Both the position numbers and the translations under genes were made by a program. The notes below the pieces were generated by a model, which was given only the letters and a program-made list of their open reading frames with translations, did no database searches and was not told where the DNA came from. A stretch of DNA of 63,890 nucleotides, filler included, from Collodictyon triciliatum (taxonomy: Eukaryota), in the NCBI GenBank assembly GCA_043381765.1. It is 8 parts of 8 records of this genome, joined end to end, with 100 filler letters (N's around TTAATTAATTAA, not from the genome) between each part and the next. Parts side by side here need not be neighbours in the genome. Positions count along the whole stretch, not along the records: positions 34,841 to 43,441 come from JBHJMP010003364.1; positions 43,542 to 52,141 come from JBHJMP010003365.1; positions 52,242 to 59,754 come from JBHJMP010003367.1; 5 more parts are not named here. One strand, 5' to 3'. Below, piece by piece: positions 41,362-54,804 of the stretch. Each line of letters begins with the position of its first letter. Position 1 is the stretch's first letter.

Positions 41362-43179
41362 TTAGTAGATGGCTATGGTGTTTGTGGAATACGACGAAAC
41401 ATAGAAACGACCATCTAGCCCAAAGACAGCGCCCCGTGGATTTTGTACTTGAAGCGAGTGCAATCTCTTTCCATGTCTATCAAAAAACACAATAGCGCAT
41501 TCGTAATAGCAGGCGATTCCAAAGCCACCATCAGGGGCCTCGTGAATACAAGTCTCCTCCATTCCAAAATCAATATCTGCTCTTGAAATCAATTCTCCCT
41601 CGGTATTGAACCTCCTCACGTTTCGTTCTTCGAATCCTGTTACAAGTATGGTCTCATCACTTTGATGTACGACGCCAGATGGAGTTCCAACAATTTCATC
41701 GGTCTCTTTGTGAGCGAAACTCATCATATATCTCCCATCACTACCAAATTTTCGGATGCATCCATTCCCAGTATCTGTGACGTAAATACATCCTTCATAG
41801 TCATAAGTGGCGTCATAAGGAAATTGTAATCCGCCAGCATCTTTGCTTCCTTCTCCGATGGACATTACATATTTTCCCTGTGCATCAAACACTTGAACTC
41901 TATGTCCATTGGTGTCTACCACAGCAACTCGCCTCCCATCCAAAGAGATGCATATTGCCCGTGGGGCAGAAAGTTCTCCTGGTTGGCTGAGTCGAGTCCC
42001 AAAGTGGAACAGAAAGTCCAGGTCAGGTGAGAGGACATATATCTGTCCATAACCTTGACAGACGACGTAGAGATTACCCGTGCCGGGATGAACGGCAAGT
42101 CCGCACGGCCGAAACAAATCTTTGTTGGGGGTTCTCCATTCTTTTTCTATTTTCAGAGGTTTACTGATATCCTTAATGTCGCGCTGTACTTTCCTGGGCT
42201 CATAAACCAATCTCTCTGATTCATAATCGATACTGAAATTGAGGAAATCAACCAGATAGTGATAAAAAGAATGTAAACTAGAATTCTCTGTAATTCTTGA
42301 ATCATCCGCCGCACTGACTATTTTGAAGGTGTAAGGTGCAGTTACGATAGGACGTTTCATGGATGTGGTGGCTGTCATCATGAAATTGCAAAGTATTTGA
42401 ACCCTTGATTCATGAACACACAACGGCTTGCTATATCTTGACGAAACAAGTCTTAGCTGATATTGAGGAAGGATTAGAATGTTGTAAACTGACTAGGAAA
42501 ATGAACAGGCCTGTGTATGTCTATTCCATTGGGTCATTATCTTGGTAAGAGTTTGCCTTTTATTGAATCATGACTACCTGTTTTATGTACGTGGAAAGTA
42601 TTTGCTCCACTTGTTCTGTTTTCTGTGAGAAAAATGCTTCTATATAGCTATCCAATTCCTCAGCTGTTCGTACCGTCTGTGTTGTGTTTTTATTTAAAAT
42701 AATGTTTTATTTGGCGTGCATCTACCCATCATATCTAGAAGGACATCCCTTATGCCCGCTGTCTAATCTAGTTTGATATATCAAAACATAGTTCTCATCT
42801 CAAAGCATTAATATTTCTTCTATGGAAGCTATGAATTCGTGTCACCAACACGTAAGTGGAACTTTCTCCTTTATTTTCTTTTTCCTTTCCTTCTTTTCCT
42901 TCTTTGCCAACTTTTCCTTTTTCTTTTTCGTTCCTTTACTTTCTGAATCTGATTAACCACTGAAACGGGACAATCAAAAAGAAAAAAAACTCAGCGCTCT
43001 GTTGAATTCCAGACACGATCATCTTAATATTTTTTTTTATTCTTGCATAAAAAGCTTACTTTGTCCAAAAGTTCGTCGAGCTCACCACGACTGCCTTTGG
43101 CTGACAAAGCCTTGATTCGTCCTCTTTCTTGCAACTTTTTTGACTGCTGCTTCCTGCTGAATGGCGATAATATCCACAT
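41362..43179 (-). CDS. NHL-repeat beta-propeller protein; 5' exons tentative
   Basis: FRPCGLAVHPGTGNLYVV, LSAPRAICISLDGRRVAVVDTNGHRVQVFD, LQFPYDATYDYEGCIYVTDTGNGCIRKF, NPRGAVFGLDGRFYVSSY in ORF 41362-42423; candidate upstream exons near 42580-42680 and 43060-43179. Confidence 0.8.
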
Positions 43180-43761
43180 GGACTACTCTGCGATAAGAAA
43201 GGAGGCTCAGGCGCTTTGTTTTCGAGTTTTCGGCACATTCGCTGTTTCGTCATTTTGACGTGGGGCTGCTTTTTGTGTGAAACACAAACTGCGAAATTGG
43301 GAATTTATATATGTGATGATGAAGACAACGCGATAAAACTGACAAACAAAAGAAAACAAAAGAAAACAAAAGAAAACAAAAGAAAACAAAAGAAAACAAA
43401 AGAAAACAAAAGAAAACAAAAGAAAACAAAAGAAAACAAAANNNNNNNNNNNNNNNNNNNNNNNNNNNNNNNNNNNNNNNNNNNNTTAATTAATTAANNN
43501 NNNNNNNNNNNNNNNNNNNNNNNNNNNNNNNNNNNNNNNNNAAAAAAGAAAAGAAAAAAAGAAAAGAAAAAAAGAAAAGAAAAAAAGAAAAGAAAAAAAG
43601 AAAAGAAAAAAAGAAAAGAAAAAAAGAAAAGAAAAGAAAAGGGGAAAATCCTCTTATAAGGCGGCAGCTACAATATAAACAATAACAACTATATGGAAAG
43701 ATGGAATATATTGCAAAATAACAGCGAACAATGAAGCATAAAAACACAAGTCATGTAGAGA

Positions 43762-44288
43762 CCTCTGTGGTAGTTCCTGAAGCACCCGTCCATCGCCTTT
43801 TGAAACATGGAAGACTCGGCCTCATCAGGAAAGCGAAAGCCAAACCCGTTATCTTGTTCGGTAGGCTTGAATATATGCCAAGAGGCCTGCACAATCTCGT
43901 AAACATAATGCTTCTTGAGCCGACGGTCAAGGAGAACCTACACCAAGGATTTATTACTCAGCAAGAACAACTCTACAACTCTACAACTCCACAACTCCGC
44001 ACCCATGAGGGCGCCCACCTCTTGGCCGAGCGTGCACTTAAGTCGGTACGGCTTGATCGGGTGCGACGAGGCTTCGTCTACAAAGAGTTCGAGGGTGCAA
44101 AGACTCGCAGGCTTTGGTTGGGCCCAGCCAGTTGCCGTCTTTGTGTGGTAGAGGACTTGCGCGGTGGCTGTGCAGCTCTCCCTTTGGGATATAGCGAGAC
44201 TTCAGCCCAGCAGCAAAAGGAGGGCTGTCTGCTTCACAGCCTCCGTCGGTTAGAATGGGGCGCGGGGAAGAGAAAGGACTTACGTCAT
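43762..44288 (-). CDS. EVH1/WH1-domain protein (Ena/VASP/WASP-like); 3' partial
   Basis: MT|ESCTATAQVLYHTKTATGWAQPK..PYRLKC|VLLDRRL..YEIVQASWHIF..GFGFRFPDEAESSMFQKAM fits the EVH1 pattern (W..H.[WF]..GF.F...EA..F). Confidence 0.7.
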
Positions 44289-44600
44289 CTGCGAACTCTC
44301 GATCCGTTGCCGGTCGGCTGTGTCGGGCTTCAGTGGCTCTGGCTGCGCTTTGTGCGTGGATTGCGACTGATGTATATGTTGGTGTTGCAGGTCTTTCCTG
44401 AACGATGGTATCATTGACAGTTGGCATCATGTTGGTGTGGTTATACAATTACGTGCGGCAGATGTCATGTTCTTTGAAAGTAATTGATATCCGAACATAC
44501 AAGATTATATTTCCTCATAATTTCCACAAATAGAATATTAGTTTCTCTGAGGGACAGACCGCCAATACTATCCTGAAGTCTACACCCATGCTTGTTGCCT

Positions 44601-45764
<1,164 letters not shown>

Positions 45765-46040
45765 GAAGAGGCGTTCCTGGTAGAGTGGCTCTGAGCTTCA
45801 ACTGTGCTGAGAGGCTTTTTGGACTGTATCAACACACGAGTCCTGACGATTCATTTATGCACCAGTTATTAGGCCAAAAAAAAGGAGTCTCCCCTTTTGT
45901 TCCTGCCCAAGTTACCGGGTTGCTCGCTTGCGTGGGTGTTACCAAAGCCGCTTTTCTTCCCCGCGCTTCTTTGTCCAGAAAATATATTCCACATTTGAAA
46001 AATATAAGTATAAATTTGTCAAACTACTATTTTTGGAATA

Positions 46041-46603
46041 ATGCAGGAGATGTTCGCATTGTCCGCTCGTTTTGTGGTGGCCAACAAAGACTTCATCCTT
46101 CTGGGTGAGCCTGGAACGATCAGTACAAAGCATAGGCAAGTGGAGACCGCCGCTTAGGTGTGGGTGAGGATTTAGAATGAAGGGAGGCTGTAGAAGCTCA
46201 ACTTATTTCCTTCGCTTTTTTCATGTGTGTTGGTTGGTAGTTTTTATCCTTGATCTTAAACGAGGTCTTTCTCCCAAGGCCAACCAAAACTGTTCCCTAG
46301 CGTTTTATAATAATTTTTTTGGATCACCCACAAAACGTGGTCAGAAACGACGTGAGGCGAGCTAGGAAAATGCAGAAGCAGGCACTGACTACTTTGCGTG
46401 AAGACATCGAGAGATTCGTCACTGAAAAAGACTACGTGGGGATTTCCCAAGTGCTCAAAAAAGCACCCTTCTGGCAGCCAGTGAGTATATCCCTTCCATT
46501 TTTCTCTTATTACTATTACTATTACTATTACTATTACTATTACTATTACTATTACTATTACTATTACTATTACTATTACTATTACTATTACCATTATTAT
46601 TAC

Positions 46604-46634
<31 letters not shown>

Positions 46635-47994
46635 GCTTTTCTTCGTATGTTTGATCTACTTGACTTTGTTTTCCTGTTGAATCCGTCACGTTCTTGAGGG
46701 TTTGCCATGCTCGTGTTGACTGCTGTGGTCAACTCGCTCTGTCCACGACCTGAGTCCACTAAATATTGAACTCGCACAGAATGCTCTCCAAGAAAATGCC
46801 ATCAACCGCTGCAAAGCGTACTGCCAAAGAGAAGGAGAAGTTTGGATCAAAGGCTGGGTCTGCATAAGTGTTAACGAATGGGGGTCAGAGCAGGTCTTAT
46901 TGCATTTCCCGTCAGAAAGGAAACACCATTCTGTGATTTATACCAGACAAGACCGCCTCGGATGGATAATTTTGATACATATTTGTACAAGGCTCATACA
47001 TATTAAAGTACCTTATTTTAGTAGTTGATTTCTTTGCACTAAAATAATGGCTAACAGGAAAGAATTATACTCCTAAACAACAAAGCATATTATCGTATTA
47101 AGTACGATTATATCGCAGGAAGAATACTACATTTTCGAAGGACACCCTACATCGATATAATGAGGTTATACAAAAAGAATATTCTCGTACAGTTGTCGAT
47201 TCTCAAGTGAATTTATTCATACTTCGTTATGAATGATTTATTTATCTATTGTTCATTTGATTACTCATTTTCCTTTTTTTTTTATCATATTTTCTGGAAA
47301 ATAGAATCGAACATGGTTTATTTCAGCTATCCTCCTGGTCAATTTCTGGTTCTATTTTCCGAGATACCATAGAGAAGTCTTACGCTTTGCGCATATTTAA
47401 GAAATCACCAGACGGTAGCCAAAGCTTGCCCACCTACATAAGGTCCAGATAATCAAAAGTTCGGTTGCCTGTATACAACAGGACAAAATTTTCGAAGACT
47501 GATTAATTTATTTGGAAATCTTCATCTCTCAAATCAACACTTTTTTTTTTAGTTCCGCACTCAATTCTACTGAACCAGAAAAGTATCGCACATATATTCC
47601 CGTTTCTCAAAGCAACGAGACATCTGAATCAGCAAGACAAATAGAATTAAGAGGTAAATTGTTATATTTATAAAGATAACCCCACACAAACCCAAACTTT
47701 AGTTCAAATCGCACAGGTATACACCAATGTCTAAAAAATCACATAAGCAAACAACAATTATACACAAAATCTTTCACATAAACCCCGCCACCCAGTTTCA
47801 TACGAAGCTTTAATTACAACGTACACCAAACTGTAGAGCTTTTAGAGGAAATCATCGGTGCTTTTAGTGCAGTGACCCGGGTCAGTGGTGGATTTATATT
47901 CCCCTTTGTAAATGCAAAGCTTGAGTGGGAAAACCCTGGAGGCCTTCTTTCTGCGACATATAATAGCCTTGGAATAGGAAAGCAAACAATATAG
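46041..47994 (+). CDS. Stand-alone hSac2-domain protein (TPRG1-like); start tentative
   Basis: AINRCKAYC..WIKGWVCISVNEWGSEQ|ERIILLNNKAYYRIKYDYIAGRILHFRRTPL matches the hSac2 pattern; terminal ENPGGLLSATYNSLGIGK-stop. Confidence 0.72.
46508..46633. repeat. (TAC/TAT)n microsatellite, intronic
   Basis: Directly visible. Confidence 0.9.
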
Positions 47995-48668
47995 CACTTT
48001 GCATCGGCAGCCAGAGTACCTCCAAGCAATACGAGAAAAAAGTTCAATGAAACAAAATGAACGCGGGAGCCTACAAGCTCACAAACCCAAAAGCATACAC
48101 ACAATAACTCACACTATACCGAAGGTGCAAATACTTTCAATTATGTATTAGCACCCACTCTCAAAATAGATACCGAAATAAAAACTCTTGAATAAAAAGA
48201 TACATACACCCAGGGTTAATTACTTTGTGCATCCGCTTCCGTAAAAGCCAGACAGGACGTTGTCATCATATCGGCCAATGGAATGGCATGAGCACTCACG
48301 CGCACTTTATACTCAAGGTTATCGAGCAAAAATCCTTAGGTTAAGCATGTTTCATGGGAGATAGCTAGCCGAAACAATCAATCGGAGTACATTGTGAACA
48401 CTTGCCAACAGCAAAAAGTTGGTAGTATATTTTCAATATGCATGCTTCTCTAGGAGTTTATTTCCATTAGTTGAGAATTGAAGACTTGAGATAAATCAAA
48501 AGTAGGGCTTGAGGTTTCTGGTTATGTGTGCTGGTCAAAAAGAATTTGTATGGGCCATTCATCTTCATAATAAATCCACAAAATGGAAAGTCCTGTGATG
48601 TCGAGATTTTCGTGCTTCATATAATCAGTTTAAAATGAGCTGCAATTTGCCTACACCAGGGCATCCGC

Positions 48669-51600
48669 TCAGATGATGTCCAGCCCATCCCACTTCTCTG
48701 GCGGTGCAACTTGTTGATAATACCTGTGAACCAAACACAAGATATTAACGTATCATTATGCTTCTTTCTGACCAGACCATATTCTAATCCGGCCAGAGCT
48801 TTATAGATAAAATATGTATACTTTTGCGTAATGGATGACCCAAAACGATATCCCTACCTTGATTTATCGAGTATCTTGCTTAGCGAAACATCTCCTGGCT
48901 TCGACAAAAGTAGCATCTCCGCTCTTTGTGCGGATACATCAAATTTCCTACACAAGCCAACACACAAAGTCAAATGAAAATCAAGAGGCACAATAACAAA
49001 CTCTTCTGTTCCCCCCTTTAAATACACCTCGACAAAGAGAATAAAAAAAGAGATGCCATAATCGCTGCATAAAATCGAACCTGGCGAAGTAGTTCTCAAA
49101 CATATCATCTGCATCCATACTAATCTTAAGCTCCTTGGATTGGTCTTGTCCACTCTTTCGGACACTGAGAAGCTCGTACACTTTGAGTCCTTGCGCGTAC
49201 CCTAAAATCCCGTTTATTTTCTTAGCAATAGCTTTGTATATCACTCCGCGAGTGTTGCAATCAATTATTACTACAAATAAAAATGAATCGTTTTTTTTTT
49301 CAGTTGGATGAGTGAGAGTTTTGGATGAATACACCACGTATACTCCAAAATGTGAGCTCACCTTTGGCAGAGATTTTGCCGAGGAGTCGGTAGATAAACT
49401 CGTCCTTTGTCTTGAGAAACACAGCTTCGCTGACAACAATACCCACCCCAAACTCACGGCAGCATCGTTGAATCGAAGCGCTTACATCAATCGAGTCGCC
49501 AAACATGTCATACTATATCGCAAACAATGAGCAGAGTCGCTATGATTCGAACGGCACCGCATCTATTCTTTTCGTTCCCATACAAATGATTTTATCTCTG
49601 AATTCATGATATAAAATATTCATTTTGTACAGTCTATGAAACTACTCGGCTGCTTACTTTCATGCTGTTGACAGCCACAGACGCACCGGTAAGAACATTG
49701 CCACAATGCAGTCCATAGTGTGAGCGAAGCTCAGGTAGCCTGCACATCCCACATCAAATGAGTCATGTATACACATGGATGCATCGTATCAATACAAAAA
49801 TAATGTTGCAAAAAGCTCGCTCTATCTCCGCATTATCACATCTCGGTGGTGTTCGTATTCATAGATGCGGATGTGTCTCTAACCCTTTCCTTGCCCATAT
49901 CTTGTTGAGCTCCAACAGCTCGTCCCTTTGCTCCAAGACGGACGCCAGCGCTACTTTTTGATGTTGTGCAACAACTTCCGTCGCGTTCCAATGCACCTGA
50001 GGTGAACTCGGTAAGTCATACATTAAAAATTCCAAAAAGAAAAATAAGAAAGAATGCATCACTACAACAGTTGTAATCAACTGATAGTTACAGAATAACT
50101 TTGTGGCTTGGTTCAGTCTGGTTGAGACCATCACAAACACGCACGTGCTATTATTTTCAATTGCAGGTCGAGTTTGGTAGCGAATATACAGGTCATAACA
50201 ATATCACATCATTAACATACCATCATAGTGTCACACACAAAGTCGCCGATGTATCCTTGTCTCGACTGGACAACCTTGCGCATAGCAAGCACATAGTCAC
50301 CCAGCATTTCCATGAGCGATGTGATATCAAGCTTTTGGACAAGCACTTGGAAGCCATCGATGTCAGAGTTGAGCTGCGTGATGAATAGAAAAAAGTCGAT
50401 GCAGTTTGTATCAAATAGCACCACTCAACCACTGCAGCAAAAGAAAACCTCTAAAAGCGGAAATGACTAGAAAAAATGCACTTCTTTTTTGCACTCATAT
50501 CTATTGTGTGCTTGTGAGACTTGTACTTACAATAGTGACATCCTTCCATGAGATTTGGAGGGGCCCTGTCTGAAACTCATCCACCAGCTGCCTGAGGATA
50601 GGCATGGGCACAAACTTGGACATGGCCGCCAGCCCTGTTTTCAGCTGTGAAAAGGTGTCTTGGACCGACTGGATTTCACGAATCATATTGGACGATGCCC
50701 TGTTTTGATGAGCATGTTCGTTGAGCATGAGATGCAAACTTGATTTGGCTGCATAGTCTTTCGTTTTCAATTCGATGAAGTCAAAGAATCTAAAATATGG
50801 CATCTATGAAGTGTCATTTCGTCCTCGTTTCCCTCGGAACTGTACCCATTATTGTTGGACGAAACCATCGCACCGCCCGTGTTGAGGCTCGCAAACTCCT
50901 CTGCAATCTTTCGCAGCGGCCGTGTGATGTATGAAGAAGCCATGACTGTGACCACTAGAGTAACCACGATGAACACTGCAGTTAGAATGGAGGCCAGTCG
51001 AATCATGTAGTCGACTTTACTGTACAAATCAGCTCGTGGGATGATAGTGACGACAACCTGGAGACAACAACCGAAGTTACAAACACACAAATCGCATTCG
51101 TTTTCAACAGACAGGCATGCCATAACAATTAAGAGGGCAATGTCCACACCAAAATACCTAATATGATAGAGGACCTCCTACCCAGTCTATTCCGCCTCTG
51201 CTATCAACAATTTTGGATGCAAAGATTAAATATTTTTTGTTGTTGATGTCCGAGCTTGTTTGGAAGGAGTCTTCATTCTTCATGAACCAGCCATCCGATG
51301 ATTTAGGAAGCCTCTATAATTTCGCATGCTTTACGTGGGAGACAATCGCAACATGATAATATGTAAACATAGAGTCCTTCAATCAATTGGATGTGCATCT
51401 GAATATTTCAACTGTGTGCGTGTGCTTACTTTACATGCTTCTATGATGATTTTGTTGCCTGTCTTATCCCATGCTAGCAGTTCGGTACCATTTTTGGAGT
51501 TTGGTGCGCCAAGAGTGTTCGAAATCATCATGCCATCCTTTTATTTTTTTTATCGGTCAGAAGATTACCCCAACAGAAAGGTATTTAATTAGCTTGATTT

Positions 51601-52010
51601 TAGATGGGATGTGAATTCAGACGAAGCAGTGAGCGAAGATTTTATTGAAAAATTACAGATTGGATTATAAATGTATCTCCATTTTCACTGGGTGGGATAT
51701 CTTTCAGACTTTTGTCGATGAAGTCTAAGCTCATTTCAATCCCAATGACCCCACGTATATTCCCTGCGTTTTTTTAATTCCATTATGAACGAGGACGGCA
51801 GTGCAAAACGGATAAAACGAAAAACAAGTGGAATCAAAGGAGTCGGGGTCGGAATCATAAATCCATTTATTTCATATAAAAGCGAACCTGTTTTCGTGAG
51901 GTTGAAGATTGGCCGCACTGCTGTTATAGCCATAGTAACACCTTCACTGGTAAACGAGGAGTATACTGGACCCCATGTAGCAGAGCCTTTCTTTACAGCT
52001 GCTTGATACC
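48669..52010 (-). CDS. Cache-TM-HAMP-like class III nucleotidyl cyclase receptor with degenerate active site; 5' partial
   Basis: YQAAVKKGSATWGPVY..AITAVRPIF, VIGIEMSLDFIDKSL, GGIDW|VVVTIIPRADL, TM helix, YITRPLRKIAEE, SNMIREI..AMSKFVP, NSDIDGF, HYGLHCGNVLTG, FGDSIDVSASIQ, VVSEAV..YRLLGKISAKG..KVYEL, PPEKWDG. Confidence 0.88.
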
Positions 52011-52084
52011 TTTGTTTATGGAAATTGGATTTTCTGAGTACTTAAAGTGATATAGTAGTTCTTGAACAAGGAACCCCCCACCCC

Positions 52085-52134
<50 letters not shown>

Positions 52135-53115
52135 AAAAAAANNNNNNNNNNNNNNNNNNNNNNNNNNNNNNNNNNNNNNNNNNNNTTAATTAATTAANNN
52201 NNNNNNNNNNNNNNNNNNNNNNNNNNNNNNNNNNNNNNNNNAGCATTGGTGCCCATTCTGTCCTATGGCGTCAAGTTACTTACAGCGATACAACAAAACA
52301 AAAAAAAAAGAAAAGAAAAAGAAAAGAAAAAGAAAAAGAAAAAGAAAAAGAAAAAGAAAAGAAAAAGAAAAAGAAAAAGAAAAAGAAAAAGAAAAAGAAA
52401 AAGAAAAGAGAGATACGATGGCAGCCGGTGTATGAATGGGCTAGGATTCTCATGATTCAGCTGCGGAAGCGTCATAATTCATCCTATTTGTTTCCTTATT
52501 ATTGTCACTCCTTTTTGATGTGTGCCTGTCGGTATTTAATGTGTGTTACGTATATAGTCCATTCATTTGAAGTCATGACGAACCTGCGAGACTGTGAATT
52601 CGTATGGATATGTTTGATTGCGCGTTCTGCGTGTTGTTGTTGATGGGTTGCTGGGGATGTAAGACTCGGAAGTTCGGGCGATGTATGATGCCGATGATGT
52701 GGTTGTGGTGGCCGTGATTTGCTGATTTGGTGTTGTTATTTAGAAAGGAGATTGTAGTTTTTTTTTTTACATGCAATAATGATTGGATAATTCAAAATGT
52801 ATAAATGCAAGAAAAAAAATCATTCTGTTGGGATTGGAAAAATAAAGAATACCCCAAAAAGGCCGAGTCTGTCAGTAAAATCGGTTCCTTGCGTGTGATG
52901 TTCCTCGCTAAATATTTGAATTATGTTTGCAATTGATACAATAAATGGTGGATAGTCATATGGTTGGTGCATTGTTTCTCCTTTTCTCTATCATAAAATA
53001 ATATAATCACGACATTTTACTGAAGATATTAATCACGCGGTGGTTTACATTCGAATTGGAAGATGGACACGAATTTGGTATGCCTCGTGTGTTTCTGTCT
53101 CATGCTGCAGATATT

Positions 53116-53214
<99 letters not shown>

Positions 53215-53269
53215 GTAATAGATATTTTAGGGGAAAAAGACATAACATGAAAGCAATTGAATGATATAC

Positions 53270-54773
53270 TTTCTGCTCGTTTCCGGTTTGTTTCTGTTGA
53301 TGACTTGGTTTCTTTACAGGATAATGCATGTTTGTAAAGTTTGAGCGTTCAGAGTTTTGACGGGCGATGGACAATTGTTTGTTGAGGTCCTCAATATCTC
53401 TTGCTCTCGAGTCAACAAGTTTTCTGTAATAGTAGAATGAATATTAAATAAATTCTCAATTATTTTCCTCCTTTTCTTCGTATTTGGATGAATAAAATAT
53501 TTCGGTTTCAATTTGAATTCAAGATTTTATGTTTTTTTTTTCTTCTTTCCTGTAACACTCACTGAAGCATGTCAGTATTCTCTTTCAACGTAACGATGGC
53601 CGAAAGGATAATATTGCCGCTGTTCTCGTCAACTATGGTTGCATTCCTGTATGATGAATGCGATATTATCAAAATATTTTAAAATAAAATAAAACCTCAA
53701 GAAGTTAATCAAAGAATCATTCTTTTTTTTCTATGACAAACATATATATGTATGTCACACACATATTTATTTATATATATTTTACTCTATGGAGACGCCA
53801 AGACGGTCGGCGATATTGCAAAAATACTCATTCGCAGTACCCAGTTGTCTATTGAGTTCCTCTACTTGCATTCTCAGCTCAACTGAAAAAACACACACAC
53901 ATACACACACAGGGTTAGTAAAAAGAAAGAAGGCGGTTAATTTATTCAAAAAGTATTATGTAGCGTACGACTGAAAGAATTTATATATTCACATGTTTAC
54001 CTATCAACCTAGAATCTTCAAAATGCTCTTGGGGTTCGAATTTCTCTGTCATTGTTGATTTATTGGATTGAATTACTTGAACAGTATAATAAGCAGATTT
54101 GCTATCCTGAGTCATTGACGCAGCAGAGGTGCCTACATTTGTGCGGTTGGTTTAGACATGTTCATTATTATTGCCTATCGTAGGCGGATCAATTACAAAA
54201 CTATACTTTTGTGAATAAGTTCATAGAAAAGTCAATCGACTAGAGATACTGCATCATCGAAACACACACCTGGCTTAATGACACGGATTTCCTTATTCAA
54301 AGTTTCGATTTCTCTCTGAAGCGACCTGATTTTCTATTATAAAGGCATTGATTTTACAAAGGGTGCATATCTACATAGAACTTGAAAGTATTGAGCCAAG
54401 ACTGAGACAGATAAAGAATAGCTAGAATTACAAACAGAATAATAATTGATTTATCGGGGCACAAAAAATGGAACTATTTCCCAACTGACTTCAATATATT
54501 CTGATTTGTCAGACACAAATCTCTGGTTTGAAAAGCGAGAAGAGGAAAGAACCTATTTACAAAATCATAGAATATCTTCATCAAATTATGATAAAATACG
54601 TGCATATACTGAATAATCAAAATTATGGCCTTTTGATTCATTTTTTCATAAGCTTGAATTTAGGTCTTCTACTGAAATGAGTGACTAGCTTAAGAAAAAA
54701 GAAGGAAAAGAGAATAAAATGAGTGTACGGAGGGTTCCATATCTACAGAATGATCCAGGCTAATTCTACACGA

Positions 54774-54804
<31 letters not shown>

